A DNA stretch of 64,000 bases from Octopus sinensis (taxonomy: Eukaryota), in the NCBI RefSeq assembly GCF_006345805.1, contig NC_042998.1, positions 162,688,001 through 162,752,000 of the forward strand, in the 5' to 3' direction. Position numbers and translations under genes: made by a program. A model generated the notes under the pieces. It was not told where the DNA came from, made no database searches, and saw only the letters and a list, made by a program, of their open reading frames with translations. Of this stretch, positions 12,296 to 24,980 are shown piece by piece. Within the stretch, counting starts at the first letter, position 1, and each line of letters begins with the position of its first letter.

Positions 12296-13078
12296 ATGAC
12301 TGTTGAAATGCGGCGAGATGTTAGTATGCCGGACAACAAGCTTAGCGGCATTTCGTCCGTCCTTTCATTCTGAGTTCAAATTCCACCGAGACCGACTTGT
12401 CTTGTACCAAAATTTGAATTCAATGTTATATTCAATATATCTTAACTATTTTAAGCCAAATAGCAATGATAATTATAATTATGATGACTGTGGAAAGCTA
12501 CGAAGCAGACTCTTAATTGAAGAAATAGTAAAGGAATAGAAATTACATATACTTAATTTGGCATCTCTTTTCAACCCTGAAACCCTATGATTATCGTTGC
12601 ATGTTTTAACAAAAGATTATTCTTTAGAATTTACTTTTCTCTAAGTTGAAGGTTGTCACTCGGTTGCTTCTTAAACAAGGTTATTTTACATTTTATCTGT
12701 CGTATTGTACAACTATTGGTGTTTAAAACACATAATTCACCAACCAGCAGTCCCTATCTGACTATTTAAATAGATTTGCTATATGATTTGTTGCATCTGT
12801 CAAACATTTATCGAGTCGACTTTTATCCTGGGACCTCTAACTAAAGTTCAAAATTCCTTATTGGCCGTCTAATAACCTTGATATGGCCTTAACATTTGTT
12901 AAGTGTCAAACCGTTACAAACAAATGTGTAAGTTATCTTTCGAACAACATGATTAAGATTATCCTGACTCTGAGCATCAGCTATCTCGCAAAGATGTGGC
13001 TGCAAAAACAGTAAAATTATATCTACCTGCCATTATGAGGACCTAGCAGGCCTTTGGAAAAAAAAATCTTAGACAAAT

Positions 13079-13456
13079 GGGCGTAAGTGTGGCTGTGTGG
13101 TAAGAAGCTTGCTTCCCAACCACATGGTTCCGGGTTCAGTCCAGCTGTGTGGCGCCTTGGGCAAGTGTCTTTTACTATAACTTCGGGCCGACCAAAGTCA
13201 TGTGAGTGGATTTGGTAGGCGAAAACTGAAAGAGGCCCATTGTGTGTGTGTCGTTGTGTTTGTCCTCCATCACAGCTGGACAACCAGTATTGTTGGGTTT
13301 TCGCCCCCATAACTTAGCTCTTCAGCAAAAGAACCTGATGGAATAAGTACCAGGCTTAGCAAAAAATAAATGCTTGGGTCGATTCATTCGACTAAAAGTT
13401 CTTCAAGGTGGAGTTCGAGCATGACCGCAGTCAAATGACTGAAACAACGAAAAGAT
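13079..13456 (+). mobile_element. tRNA-derived SINE family S1, near full length
   Basis: ggctgtgtggtaagaagcttgc (A box), gggttcagtcc (B box), ccttgggcaagtgtc, ggatttggtag.cgaaaactgaaag, tail gcagtcaaatgactgaaacaa; more than 10 homologues in the window. Confidence 0.9.
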
Positions 13457-13640
13457 AACTAAAAATGAGAAATATTGTTTTCTAACGTTATTATGCTACG
13501 TCGGGAAAGAAAGAGATTTAAAACAAGGAAAAAAAGATGCTGTTACATCTTGGAAACCTATTATGCGGGTAGATTTTGATGCCAAAACGAGTAATATGCG
13601 GCACTTAAAACCTAATGTTGCTTATAACTTATTTTCGGTA

Positions 13641-13819
13641 TTAATTCTTTAGCATTTAAACCGGTCATTCCGGCCAAAACTTACTCTACAATATTACTCT
13701 AAAAATAAACAATCACAACATTGCAATCTCAAAGCTACAACATAATGAATAACTAATTAAAATCAATGTGAATAAATGAGCATTACATTTGACACAGAAA
13801 TTTGAATGCTAAAGAGTAA
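13641..13819. mobile_element. TTAA-flanked MITE (piggyBac-like termini)
   Basis: TTAAttctttagcattta ... tgaatgctaaagagTAA: imperfect terminal inverted repeats with TTAA-like flanks. Confidence 0.55.
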
Positions 13820-13829
13820 AAGCTCAACC

Positions 13830-14040
13830 ATGTTGGTATCTCTGTCAAAATTCTTCCACTGCTTGTCCGGTACCGGATCGATCCCAAAATCTAATCAGTT
13901 CGTGCCAGTCACAAGGCCAAACATCCCTGAACATTTCATCCGAATCTATCCAGCGGTTCTTGAGATATCTTGTCCGCGGACAAACGAATAAACTAACACA
14001 ACTGAAAACAATACTTCTACCTTCGCTAAGGCGGAGGTAA
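13830..14040 (+). mobile_element. Helentron-associated (HINE/DINE-like) element 3' end
   Basis: Ends acaaacgaataaactaac..aaaacaatacttctaccttcgctaaggcggaggtaa + tt, i.e. a subterminal palindrome and T-rich flank typical of HINEs. Confidence 0.5.
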
Positions 14041-14044
14041 TTAT

Positions 14045-14152
14045 AAAAATATAATAGGATATTTTTATATACATCGAATGGTTATGGAAGTTCAGCCGAG
14101 TGAAACAAGAATCAAATGGGATCCATAGGCAAAAAATGGTTGAGAACCACTC
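14045..14152 (-). mobile_element. Truncated hAT-type MITE, same family as 55595-55830
   Basis: Reverse complement gagtggttctcaaccattttttgcctatgg..gattcttgtttcactcgg aligns with the left arm of the 55595 element. Confidence 0.7.
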
Positions 14153-14692
14153 GTCTAAATAATATCCTCGATATCGGTTCCTAGCTAAAACAGATTAACC
14201 AAAGACAGGAATTGAACTCAAATTGTAAAAGGGACGTTATTAAGCAACACAAAGCAATGTCTAATATTTTGTCGATTCTACTATTAGTCATCTTGTCATC
14301 TATAATCTTTCCATTGCTACAATAATGGAAATTTAGCAAAAGTATTAGTTACTGAGAATCAGCGCCTGCTACCAAAGTTAGGATGTTTTGAAAGAGTTGG
14401 AAACTCGGCACAGCTGTGCTGGAGAAGAAAATAAATAATGAAATAAATAAGTATATAAACAGATGAATAAATAAATATGCTGTATTTCATTATAAACTTT
14501 CAAGGATGTTTGCCACTACCTACAGCAGAAAAATTTTCTAAAGTGTCTCTGGTGATGGATTAATGACATTTTCTGATGGTTAACCACACCAACCCCATCC
14601 CACAGAAAAAAAATGAAAATTAATTTAAATAAGGAATTAAAAAATTACCTCGTGCTACAGTCATTAGAGACCATTATTTGATACATTTCATT

Positions 14693-14742
<50 letters not shown>

Positions 14743-15445
14743 TCTATGAAATAAGAAGCCTCTAAGTAGTTACTTAACCCGTTAGAAGTAACTGCCAGTA
14801 CATACATTCATACATAAGTGTATACAAAAGGAAGCATGCTATGTTCTGGCGAATAACAGGAAAAATATTTGATAACTTTGCACAGTATAAGCTAGACTTA
14901 ATATGACCTTTATTCAACTTCTTTGCGAAATTTGTATAATAATAGAGTAGTAGGTGCTGATAAGTTTTAGGAAGGCCTAAAGAACATATATTTAATTATA
15001 AGGAGGATTATACCAGTTAATGTTTGTTATTATGACTGGTATTTTTGTTGAAAGTTGCTAGTAATAGTAGCATTTCTTGGATTAATAATAATCTTTTGCC
15101 AAGTTTCCGGATAAATAAACTCTAGGCAAATGATCTCTAATGAGTAGCAAATGATCTCTAATGAAGCTTAAATTTCTTTGATTGTTGAGAGGAAAATTAA
15201 GATTTTAACAATGTCTTTATTTCACAGCTAGGCAAAATATATACTTGCTAAAAGCAAAAAACTGACACTCTGGTTGCAGTTACTGCCGCCACATCAATAT
15301 TTTCTGTCAGCAACTGCCTATATTACTGTCAACGTAACATACACACATACATATCCTATCATTCATTCATACATACACACAGTCTCTGCTTGAAAGCCAA
15401 CACCACTGAAAACAATGGTGCAAAAAAAAAATCAGAACTGGACAC

Positions 15446-15520
15446 TCCGTCGGCTACGACAACGAGTGTTCCAGTTCATCCGATCTACGGAATAGCTTGC
15501 TCTTGAAATTATTGTGCAAG
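15446..15520 (-). mobile_element. Fragment of SINE S4 tail
   Basis: ggacactccgtcggctacgacaacgagtgttccagtt..gcttgctcttgaaatta matches 54841-54915. Confidence 0.65.
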
Positions 15521-17404
15521 TAGCACATATATAAGGCCTACAGGTGTATTTTTGCGTAGATGAACCCGGTGAGCTTCTGCACTAGTTCCGCTTATCAAAT
15601 TTCATTTTCAAGACAATCCTAAGAATTGGTAAAAACACTTTCCCAATGTGCATCTCTGAGGTGTAGTGCCACAGTTTCGATCGACGAAACATTTTTCACT
15701 ATATTACAAGCAATAAATGTTTAAGTGAAATTAACAGTCTTTTTGTGTGTTTCTGAGTGGCTAACATGTCTCTGCTGTGCTGCATTCGTTCCTTTCCTTT
15801 AGTCTGACATAAATTTGTTTCCCTGTTGAGGTTTTAATAAGTCGAAACGTATATGAGTTGTCACCCATGCTTGCTGGAAAAAGTAAAATAGTTGTCATTG
15901 GCTAACTAATATTGTTTGTTTACTCACTACTTAACTATTTCTAATTGGTATCTTAACGATTTCTGCATTAAATGTATTAACCCTCGCTTAACCATTGAGT
16001 ACATATATCGGTTATTTTATTCTAGTCATGAATAAATAGGTACTTAATGAACGTAGATCAGATTAATTATATAGTTCTTCGTTTTCAAGTTCTCTCTAGT
16101 AATGCTACATAAGTGATTTCTATGGAAGTTTCGCTCGGTTGCATTATCTTCAGATGTCCACCCCACCTTAGAATAGCACAGAGAAAGTGGGCTCCACCAT
16201 TCTAACGTTTTTCTTTGGTGAATGATACAAAGACGAGATCTTTAGTTCAGTCGTACTCTAACTAATACATCAATTAATACTCTAATTAATACATTAGTAC
16301 TGATGACGAGAGATTATTTTCACCTAGGTAAGTTAATTAAATAAAGAAGCGAATCTAATTCGTGATCTTGAATGTAAAGACAATATTGATTTTCTTCGAT
16401 TAGACACAAAGAGATGTGTACTGCCAATAAATCGATCTTATTTTTCGTCCTGTACTTTTATTATCTTTCACGAAAAATACCAGAAAAAAGAAAAAGGAAA
16501 GGAAATGCTTCAAAAAGCCAAGTCAATGCGCCGAGGTACTGAACTCAGGCAAATAATGAAGACCTTAATTTATTTCTCATAAATTCTTTCGATCACAATT
16601 CTACTAATTGGGGCATCTCCTTCATTATTGTCTTCTAAGTTACTTTCTATATATCTTCCGTTGTTCTTCTCCCTCTCTTCTCTTTCTCTCTCCCCCTGTA
16701 TACATATGATGTACGTGCTTTTGCTATGCTGTCCAGTTGTCTGCAGACGGTATTTGGGACTTATCTGTTATTAAAAGCTGAGACAACCACATTTAAGGAT
16801 AATTCCTCAGTTAATCAGAGATATAGATGTTTATTTGTTTAAATTCTTTAAAAACCAATTAAATCAGTCCACTACTATCAACTTGAAACTTCCATGAAAG
16901 CAGAGATCAATGAATACATCTATAGTCAACGACCCAATGACGAAACACCTACACAGCATTTTTACTTCGTAGAAATAGGCTCCAAATCTTCCTACAAATT
17001 GCGCACTACCACTTTTTAAAAGTAAATGAGGCATTATTAAAATCATCCAAGATACTTTGTGCCCGCAAAAAATCGGAGATGGAATGTAATATATTTGATT
17101 ATATATCTGTTTAATCGACACGGGTTTCAAAAAACATTATCAATAAATTCGACAGTGTCTTAAGAATGTATTTCTACATAATTACACAAAGATAAAGGCA
17201 AACCCTTGCGGCACTTATGTAAAATATTTTTACAATCAATAAGATAACTTCTACATCAACAGCTACCAACCTGGTTTTCCTGAAACCCTATTGATTCCCA
17301 ATAGTTGTACTGGAATATCTATGAGTTATGTTCAAAATATTAAAAACGACAGTTTCAAACATATAACTGTTTTATTCAATTACATAAAACGTTCAATTAT
17401 AATC

Positions 17405-17523
17405 GTGCAACATCGTCCGTTTTTCCGTCCTTGTTTCGTATACGTTCGTAGCTTTTTTCCAAGGAATCTAATGACCAGTCCATGTTTTTTGTATCGTCTT
17501 CTGAATGTCTTGCGTTCTTGTCC

Positions 17524-17527
<4 letters not shown>
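17405..17527 (+). repeat. Internally deleted copy of repeat family B
   Basis: Reverse complement tgggacaagaacgcaagacattcagaagacg..ggact|cattagattccttgg..ggaaaaacggacgatgtt matches the 61172/61985 copies, with about 110 bp missing; abuts (TA)n. Confidence 0.75.
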
Positions 17528-17587
<60 letters not shown>

Positions 17588-17870
17588 GCATGTATATATA
17601 TATATATGTATATATACGCATGTATATATAGATATGCATGTGTATATATATATATATGCATGTATATATATATATGTATATATATGCATGTATATATATA
17701 TATATGTATGTATATATATGTATATATATGCATGTATATATATGTATATATATATGTATATGCATGTATATGTATGTATATATATATGTATATATATGTA
17801 TATGCATGTATATGTATGTATTTATATATGTGTATATATTTTTGTATGTATTTATATGTGTGTGTGGACT
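17528..17870. repeat. (TA)n/(TATATG)n compound microsatellite
   Basis: Directly visible. Confidence 0.95.
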
Positions 17871-18126
17871 TATTCATTGTAAGCCTAGTACTTATTCTAT
17901 GCATATGTTTTATTTATTAATATATATATATATATATATCTTTATCGTCCTATTACACTTTTTTACGTAAGCAAAGATGTGTTATTGTCGTAGAGATTCA
18001 TACAGTAGCAGAAAAGGAATTTTTAACTCTTATTTCTAAATTCGGTATGTGGTAAAGCAATTAGCTGACGCCTAATTATAATTATGTTTATAATTGTAGA
18101 ATATTTGCATAATATTACCTCTCTCT

Positions 18127-18530
18127 CTTTTACTCTTTTACTTGTTTCAGTCATTTGACTGCGGTCATGCTGGAGCACCGCCTTTAGTCGAGCAAATCGA
18201 CCCCGGGACTTATTCTTTGTAATCCCAGTACTTATCGGTCTCTTTTGCCGAACCGCTAAGTGACGGGGACGTAAACACACCAGCATCGGTTGTCAAGCAA
18301 TGCTAGGGGGACAAACACAGACACACAAACACATACACACACATACATATATATATATACATATATACGACAGGCTTCTTTCAGTTTCCGTCTACCAAAT
18401 CTACTCACAAGACATTGGTCGGCTCGGTGCTATAGCAGAAGACACTTGCTCAAGATGCCACGCAGTGGGACTGAACCCGGAACCATGTGGTTGGTTAGCA
18501 AGCTACTTACCACACAGCTACTCCTGCGCC
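18127..18530 (-). mobile_element. SINE S1, full length
   Basis: Reverse-complement copy with intact head (..cacacagctactcctgcgcc) and tail (tactcttttacttgtttcagtc). Confidence 0.9.
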
Positions 18531-18627
18531 TATAAAGTTTATTTTAACGTACCGATCTACTTGGTAAAATTATTAATTAATTGATTGATTAATTAATTCA
18601 TTTAATTAATTAATTTTACCCTTTTAT

Positions 18628-18662
<35 letters not shown>

Positions 18663-18954
18663 ATATATATATATATACATATATATATGGATGTATGTCT
18701 ATATGGGTATATATATATATATATATATATGTATGAATATATATAGATCCATATATAGATATGGATATATACATATGTGTGTGTGTGCGTGTGTGCGTGT
18801 GTGTGTATGTATGTGTGTGTGTGTATTTGTTATGCTTGTTTGTGGATTTTATATCATCTTACTTTTGTTAATCGGAGTTGTCCTGCATTTTAATAAAGTG
18901 GAAAGTGTTTTTAGATTCAAGATTTCTGGAGATTACTTACATTGATATTTTCAT

Positions 18955-19283
18955 TTTTTTACTTGTGGCCATGCTAGAGCACTCTTTAATCGAAGAAATC
19001 GACCCGTGGACTTATTCATTGTAAGCCTAGTACTTATTCTAAGTTACGGGACGTGAACACATCAACATCGGTTGTGAAGCGATGCTGGCGGGACAAACAC
19101 AAATATAAACATACATATATGTACGACAGGCTTTTTTGGTTTCCGTCCACTAAATCCATTCACAAGTCTTTTGTCGACCCGAGGCTATAGTAGAAGACAC
19201 TTGCCCAAGGTGCCACGCAGTGAAACTGAAACTGGAATCATGTGGATGAGAAGCAATATTCTCACCACACAGCCACGCCTGCG
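18955..19283 (-). mobile_element. SINE S1
   Basis: Homology to 18127-18530. Confidence 0.85.
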
Positions 19284-19703
19284 GCTATTGGTTGTTTTTA
19301 CTCATACGTAATCTTGTTAAGCTTAGATATATCGCTTAGTTATTGGTATCTTGTTTTGGGGAGCGGATCATGAAACGGCTGTAACCTCTACGGAAGTATT
19401 CAAAATTCTCACCTCTTACCCCTTTCTTGTTTCACTTGGTTATTTGTTCCCGTAACTTAATAGTTCAGCAAAAAGAGAGCGATAGAACAAGTCCAAACTT
19501 TTTTTTAAATGAGTATTGTCGTCGATTTGATCGTCTAATCCCCATCTATGCGGTGCCACGGTGAGAACTATCAAAAATCGAGAACAGTACTCATATTTAA
19601 AGCTTGGTGTTATTCTATCGCTTTCCATTGCTGAACTTCCTATTCACGGGGTCATGAACAAACCAACAGTGATTCTCGAAGGGTAGCACTCACAAGATAT
19701 TAA

Positions 19704-20275
19704 TCGCTCCAGGAAGGACGTAAAATTTTCTTCCCGCGAGAGTTCCGGACCCCAGTAATGAACTCATTTGCATACAGCCAATGAGAGCTCAGCTTGAAAA
19801 TCCACATACTGTGTACTATTACAGTACAGCCAGTCAGGCATAGAACGGTGTATGTCACTCTGTGAGTACAGCATAGCAGGTTTCACATAAGCACCACATC
19901 CACTCACCATCCTCATAGATCAATTAAGCACCATCTCTATATGGAGCTAACATTAGGTACCTATGCTCAGACTGAGATTAGTGATACTACATGTACCCAG
20001 TAAATTACGCAAATTGGCAACACTTATGGCCTCATCGGTGAGCGAATCTCCATTCACTTTATACTCTAAATTTCACATTTGTCACCCCTATTAACCTGTT
20101 TAGAACAGTTAAATTTTGCAATGACACTCATTTTCCACTGAACTCGACCAGAGTATTTTCGAGACTAGGTGGACTCTAGTTTGATAGTTGAGTTGTGATT
20201 GGATGTATGCAAATGAGTTCACAACTGGGATCCGGAACTCGCGTGGGAAAAACAAATTTCGCGTCCATGGTGCCG
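19704..20275. mobile_element. MITE E1 with ~100-bp inverted termini carrying ATTTGCAT and CCAAT
   Basis: ggacgtaaaattttcttcccgcgagagttccggaccccagtaatgaactcATTTGCATacagCCAAT (left) vs ATTGGatgtATGCAAATgagttcacaactgggatccggaactcgcgtgggaaaaacaaatttcgcgtcc (right). Target-site duplication not resolved. Confidence 0.8.
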
Positions 20276-20357
20276 CGTAGTAAAACCGAATTCGAAACTC
20301 ACTCCGAAGTTGTAAAGCGAACTTCTTGACAATAGTTATGCCTGAGTCTGTGTTCAT

Positions 20358-20391
<34 letters not shown>

Positions 20392-20699
20392 CCTATCTCC
20401 CCCTCCCCCTCTCCTTCTCTCTGTGTTTTTTTCTGGTCTGTCTTTAAAAGTATTTCTATTATCTATATTACATTCTCTTCCCATTCCTCTTTTCTTGAAA
20501 TCTCGTTACCTTGTACACCTCCTTGTCTCTCTCTCTCCTTCTGTTGTATCTTGTTACCTTACTGTCACCCGCTCCCTTCATCCCTCCTTCCTTCCCTCCC
20601 TCCCCCTCTCATTCTCCTCTCCTTTTTCTCATCAACGTGACTTACTAATTGAACATTTGAGACCGTCATTCATAAAATATCAATGAACTCAAACAAATA

Positions 20700-21668
20700 G
20701 TTTATAACAAAGTCGATGGAGGGAAACTTCCTTCCGGTGCCTGACGCTGTAGACGCTTCTTTCGGCTTACTCCCTATGGTTCTTGGCATCCGGCTTTCGT
20801 TTCAACTTCACTTACCCACCCACACATACTCCTTTCCGCTGCTCGCTCTCTTCTTCTTCTTCTTCTTCTTCTTCTTCTTCCTTTTTTTTTAAGCTTCTAA
20901 TCTTACCAAATCTTCTAATATTTAAAACTTGTTATTGTTATTGTCACTGACGTGCTTGCTGGTGACGATAGTGACGTTGGTGGAGATGGTGGCGGTGACG
21001 GTAAAAAAATGTGTGTGCGGTGGTGATGGTGGCGGCGGTGGTGGCGGTGGTAGTGGAGTAAAAAAGCGGGAAGAGTAAAACCAAAGAGCAACAAGCGACA
21101 ATCACAGACAGGCGCATTCCCTAATGCCCTTGCCCCCACCGTTCTCTCTCACTCCCTCATCCCTTCTACCCTACCCTCATCACCAACACCACCACTACTA
21201 AAGACACTTCCACCTCCACCGCCACCGCCACTATCTATTTTCTTTCAGTAGTCTCTATCTTCTGCGCGGCGGTACCTCTAAATTTCAGGCGGGCCTCTTC
21301 ATAAGTAGTCTTTGACACTCAGAGGACCTGCAAACTACCAGATGTTTAAAGCATTCTAAACCCCCAGCCTCACACACGAATAAATAACAGCTGGCGTGCG
21401 CCTGCAAATAGAGGCGACGACGACAACAACAACAACAACAATTACTATAACAACAACAATTTTTACAAAGAGGAAGGGATGTAAAGGTAGAAGGAAGTGG
21501 AAGGTGAGGGTGCGAGGGAGGATGTGAAACCCATAAATAAAACGAAAGAGAGAAACCTCCTCCAACACCGCTACCACCGCCACCGTTGTACCCAGGTTTT
21601 TTTGCTTCAGGACGCTGCCACCACCTCCTACATCCCCCTACCCCTACTACTACTACTACTACTACGAC

Positions 21669-21706
<38 letters not shown>

Positions 21707-21960
21707 CCCAGTTATGTTGTGTCTTAAGGGATTGGGCGGAATGGAGGGCGAGAGACGTAAGTGTAGCAAAGGTGACGTAGTGAAAGAAAGATAACATTTG
21801 GTCCCTGAATTGATTGGCATAGGGTGAGAGGTCGTGAGGAGGAGGAGGAGGGTAACGACGAAGTTCCTCTGGAGAGTAGAGTAGTTCCAGGATTCAGTTT
21901 CGAAACCGATTTCATCCCGCTTCTTTGTTTTGAGAAGTGTTGCGCCGACCATTTCTTTTT
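20700..21960. promoter_or_regulatory. Locally GC/CpG-rich triplet-repeat island, candidate promoter or enhancer
   Basis: Inverted CCAAT at 21731 and 21813, GGGCGG at 21734, TGACGT at 21773, a minus-strand GTAAGT donor at 20810-20815, and no recognisable TE family. Motifs are short and could be chance. Confidence 0.25.
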
Positions 21961-22567
21961 TTTTTTTTCAGTATCATATGTACTCTAGAGCCTAGTGACA
22001 TATTATTTCAGGTGTTGTGCCAAGTAAGAAATCGTTATTGTCAAAGCCAACGAGGAGTTTCAAAATAAGATTTGACTTACGGAAGAATTTATTGACAATT
22101 TTAATCTTATTTGTCTCTGGAACCAAGTCTTTCATTATTGGTCATTTTAAACTGACTGATAATTCTTTCTAATTTTGGTACAAGGCCGGCAATTTAGGAG
22201 AGGGACAAGATGCTTACATCGACCCCAGAACTCGAATGGTATTTATTTCATCGACCTTTAAATAATGAAAGGTAAAGTTAACCTTTGCAGAAGTTTGTCC
22301 TTTCATCCTTTCGGGTCGATAAAATAATGGTACTTTTTGATTATCTCACTCCCATTAAAAAATTACCATTAAAAAATTGGGTTACCTCTCCACTAAAAAA
22401 ATTGAGTGTGTGACAATAAGAGACTGGATTAAAAGGGTTTAGGTTCTTTTGATTCAATACTTCAACGCATTAATGATGATTGGCCTCCTCAATAGGCATG
22501 GCATGATTTGTTATAAAAATGTTATTAGATTCAATAAAATGACTAATCTTTTTCAGTTTTCACGTAT

Positions 22568-22808
22568 CTCTTTCTTTCTTCTTTTATCTTTCACTTGTTT
22601 CAATCATTTGACTGCGGCCAAGCTGGGGCACCGCCTTTTTAGTCGAGCAAATCGACCCCAGGACTTATTCTTTGTCAGCCTACTACTTAGTATATCGGTC
22701 TATTTTGCCGAACCGCTAAGTTATGGGGACGTAACACACCACCATCGGTTGTCAAGCGATGTTGTGGGGGACATGCACATACACACAAACACACACACAC
22801 ACACACAT

Positions 22809-22872
<64 letters not shown>

Positions 22873-22968
22873 CATATATACGACGGGCTTCTTTCAGTTT
22901 CCGTCTACCAAATCCACTCACAAGGCTTTGGTCAGCCCGAGGCTATAGTTGAAGACACTTGCGCCTAT
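22568..22968 (-). mobile_element. SINE S1 with internal head deletion, flanked by a 63-bp direct repeat
   Basis: Body matches S1; head reads gaagacacttgc|gcctat (about 80 bp lost); flanks 22505-22567 and 22974-23035 are near-identical. Confidence 0.85.
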
Positions 22969-24624
22969 GATAGGATTTGTTATAAAAATGTTATCAGATT
23001 CATTAAGATGACTAATTTTTTCAGTTTTCATGTATATTGATTTTTTTTCATTTTCTTTTTGTTTTATTGAGGGTTAAACAATTTTTTAGGTGGGAGAGAT
23101 AATCAAATGTATCGATATGTTTTCATAGAATATGGGGAGATAACCCAATTTTTTAAGGGAGGTGAGATAGCCAAAAAGTGCCAAAATAAGTACCAGTCAA
23201 GTACTGGGGTCGGTGTTTAGCCCTAGACCAGTTCACCTTGCGTAGCGACCTATGTTCAAAGGATTTTTCACACTTTAGCACAGATTTGATTGAGTAAGGG
23301 ATATGACATTAAACAGCATCTATTGGTAACGTTCCACTTCAGGAGTTCTGGAAATGTGGGAAGTGTGGAATCGTCCCTTAGTTACCATTACTCCCAGGTC
23401 CGTTCTGACTCGGAACGGTAGTATCTGTGAGGGTCACATCAGTGGGTTGAACAGACTTTTTGTAAGGATAGATTGAGCTTCCTTTGCTGCGATGAAAGCA
23501 GGCAATCAAAGAGAAGGAAAACTCCAAAATTAATGCCCTCTTCCAACATGCCTTTAGCCAGCCTGGCAAAGTATGGCTGATAAACTAACATGAGGTATTT
23601 CCAATAACATAGATTCATATAATAGAAGCAACTATCTTATGTTAGTGCGCATTCTACCGCAGACGGAGATAGCGGGAAATGACAATAAAAAGCACTCCAA
23701 CACTACCATCCATCTGGGTTCTTTTTCTTTTTTTATAACATTATAGTGTCTCACTTTTTCTTTTTCTTTTAAGACGGCAGGATATGTATTTTAGAAGAAT
23801 TTGCTAGTTCTTTTAGAAGTTCTACGTCAATCGAAAGTCACATATCTTCAGGCAAGACTTTTTATCGATAAGTGAAATCGTCTCAGTTAGTGGTTGCTGT
23901 CGTAAGAATTCACACATAAAATGTGGAAGAATTGAATTAAATGATGTAAGACATTTTGGCTGAAGTTTTACCGTTCCATTCGCGATTGACCGGGGAATGT
24001 GAACATGCAGGCTAGAAAGTGGGGCATTTTCCAATCGAAGTTGGATGTAGAGAATTCGTTGGACACAGTGTGAAGTGACTGTTGTTATCGTTAGGCATAA
24101 CTCATTATAAAGTAAATACCACCATGAGTGGTGTCCAAACTACTGTGGAAAAGGTAAGTCAGTGGATTTGGTTAAAAAGAGACGATGAGCAATAGCTAGA
24201 AGAATATTGAGTGAAACCTGATAGCTAGTTGATCTAGCAAGCGGGACCTCATTTCAGTGAGAGGAGCTGGTGCGCAATGATGCCGTTAAGAGGTAGGCCC
24301 TGGAACGGTGTGCATTCTCTCCTAATGACTCCATAAACTTGCTAGCATCCGGTATGCAGAGCTTTCAACCGGTAGCACTTGCATCAGCAAGTTGTTGGGA
24401 AAATTATCAAGGTTTTGACAGAAAACTATATCACGCTTCATATTTTCCAAACAAACTTACATATACCGACATCCTGGCACACGTGATCTCTTCGGGTAGT
24501 GAAATCGAAATGTTTGAGCTGGGATCCTGCAATGATAATCTTTAGCTTCGTCATGATTCTGGACGAATTCCGGACAAAGCATGGAGTTTAATGCTTGAAG
24601 TTGATAAGCGTTGAGTATCCTTCC

Positions 24625-24755
24625 TAAACAATGGTAAAAACCCTGTTTGTGGATAATGGTGCTGCAATTTCTGATGAACTTAGCACACTAATGATAGAGT
24701 GGGATATGTGACGTATTTGTCATCGTCCTCGGACGCAAGGTACAATTGATGATGG
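24625..24755 (+). pseudogene. Possible integrase (rve, Ginger/Gypsy-like) remnant
   Basis: Reads VKTLFVDNGAAISDELSTLMIEWDM*RICHRPRTQGTID, resembling xxSDNGxEF...LxxxW...HGRPRHPQSQGxVE; short and degenerate. Confidence 0.3.
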
Positions 24756-24774
24756 TGGTGGTGATGACGACAGG

Positions 24775-24962
24775 AGAGCGTGTCGAACAAAATGCTTAGC
24801 AACATTTCTTCTGACTCTTTACTTTATGAATTCAGCAGTCGCTCAGGTCGACTTTGCCAATCATATTTTCGAGATCGATAACGAACCAGATAAATACTGA
24901 GGACAATGGTAATCGACTCCCCTCACTCAAAGTTCTGGCCTTATGCCAAAATTAGAGATAAT
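24775..24962 (+). mobile_element. SINE S2, diverged
   Basis: aaatgcttagc..caggtcgactttgcc..gtaatcgact..tggccttatgccaaaattaga. Confidence 0.7.
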
Positions 24963-24980
24963 TAGCAACTATATATATAT

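Noticed and set aside
16154-16327. Candidate exon (ttcag ... AG|GTAAGT)
   Set aside because: Stops in all three frames; no supporting neighbours.
16860-17300. Possible decayed transposase (YICLIDTGFK, vaguely hAT dimerisation-like)
   Set aside because: Similarity too weak to support without a profile search.
17291-17970. Long ORFs rich in YI/HI/CV/TH (also 6897, 8528, 31610-32060, 46352-46735, 49467-49955, 51420 and others)
   Set aside because: They are translations of (TA)n, (CA)n, (TACA)n or (ATT)n microsatellites with no protein-like complexity.
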